Source of the DNA: a bacterium
Lineage (GTDB): Bacteria > Patescibacteriota > Minisyncoccia > JACQLN01
Assembly (NCBI GenBank): GCA_030697795.1
Contig: JAUYOV010000001.1
Location: 24,486-88,485 of the forward strand
Length of the DNA stretch: 64,000 nt
Reading direction: 5' to 3'
Positions within the stretch are counted from its first letter, which is position 1. Every line of letters begins with the position of its first letter. Below the pieces are notes generated by a model. It did not search any database, was not told the DNA's origin, and was given only the letters and a program-made list of their open reading frames with translations. A program made the translations under genes and the position numbers. This document shows, in pieces, positions 63,536 to 64,000 of the stretch.

Positions 63536-63994
63536 TTAAAATCCAGCTGGCGGGCCAGTAGGTATTCCTGCGGGCGGCCCAAATTGAGTTCCGGCTGGTG
63601 GACCAAACTGGGTACTGGCAGGCGGGCCAAAAGACCCGCCCGAGGGCGCGCCGCTCTTTTCCATTTGTTCCTTAACTTTTTGCTGTATAATATTTTGAAT
63701 TTGTTCCTGTGACGGCGGACCGTTCTTCATCATTTCCGGTGTAACTTCTACACCTTTAGGCAACATTTTTTGTATATCTTCGGCAGATGGAGGACCCTTT
63801 TTTAACATTTCTGGCGAAACATCAACGCCTTTTGGAATCATCTTTTGTATATCTTCAGCCGAGGGCGGACCACTCTGACCCTCAAACCCTGCGGGGGCAC
63901 CGCCTTCAAAACCGGCCGGCGGTTTCATTAACTTAGAAAAGCATTGCCCCATCGCTTCACCCACAGATTTATCTGGAATACCGCCCGATTTCAT
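63536..63994 (-). CDS. Pro/Gly-rich tandem-repeat protein
   Basis: Repeats GPPSAEDIQKM(I/L)PKGV(D/E)V(S/T)PEM(L/M)KKGPP and FGPPAGTQ; start 6 nt from the window edge. Confidence 0.35.
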   Translation of the reverse strand: MKSGGIPDKSVGEAMGQCFSKLMKPPAGFEGGAPAGFEGQSGPPSAEDIQKMIPKGVDVSPEMLKKGPPSAEDIQKMLPKGVEVTPEMMKNGPPSQEQIQNIIQQKVKEQMEKSGAPSGGSFGPPASTQFGPPAGTQFGPPAGIPTGPPAGF

Positions 63995-64000
63995 TTTTTC

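Noticed and set aside
1-64000. CRISPR arrays, rRNA genes, integrase, transposase or recombinase genes
   Set aside because: No tandem direct-repeat-spacer arrays, rRNA-like conserved blocks or recombinase motifs (tyrosine or serine recombinase, DDE) were seen on either strand

Overview
This is a low-GC (~35%) bacterial window with an unusually accessory-rich gene set and several short higher-GC insertions. Gene content resembles a reduced-genome, cell-surface-focused organism; a Patescibacteria/CPR-like lineage is an inference only. Supporting content includes tandem GT39/PMT-like and GT-C-like membrane glycosyltransferases, FemAB, DsbA/DsbB, a VirB4-like ATPase, a 1521-aa Cys/Ser/Thr-rich surface protein and many small proteins. 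Recognisable housekeeping genes are serS, lysS, greA, folD, rarA, a PBP2 (mrdA-like, apparently frameshifted), a MreD-like protein, an ABC-F ATPase, tRNA-Gln and tRNA-Asn. Accessory content includes a Cus/Czc-like RND efflux operon with a Met-rich small periplasmic protein, and a radical-SAM/SPASM gene followed by a 47-aa precursor ending in alternating Cys-Asp residues, a candidate ranthipeptide-like RiPP cluster. A second possible peptide cluster pairs an M16 peptidase, a GNAT and an acidic 39-aa peptide. Several toxin-antitoxin/defence islets are present: a solo MazF flanked by direct repeats, a Bro-N/PD-(D/E)xK/DUF4268 operon, Panacea-RelE, RhuM-Fic/Doc and AbrB-ParE. The tRNA-Asn locus carries partial tRNA duplications around a GIY-YIG gene. 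Three families of small dispersed repeats occur, including perfect palindromes centred on CGATCG that sit in-frame inside coding sequences. Several ORFs of 48-62% GC carry their own RBS and terminator and look horizontally acquired. No rRNA, CRISPR array, integrase or transposase was recognised. All protein calls rest on motif recognition by eye, not database searches.
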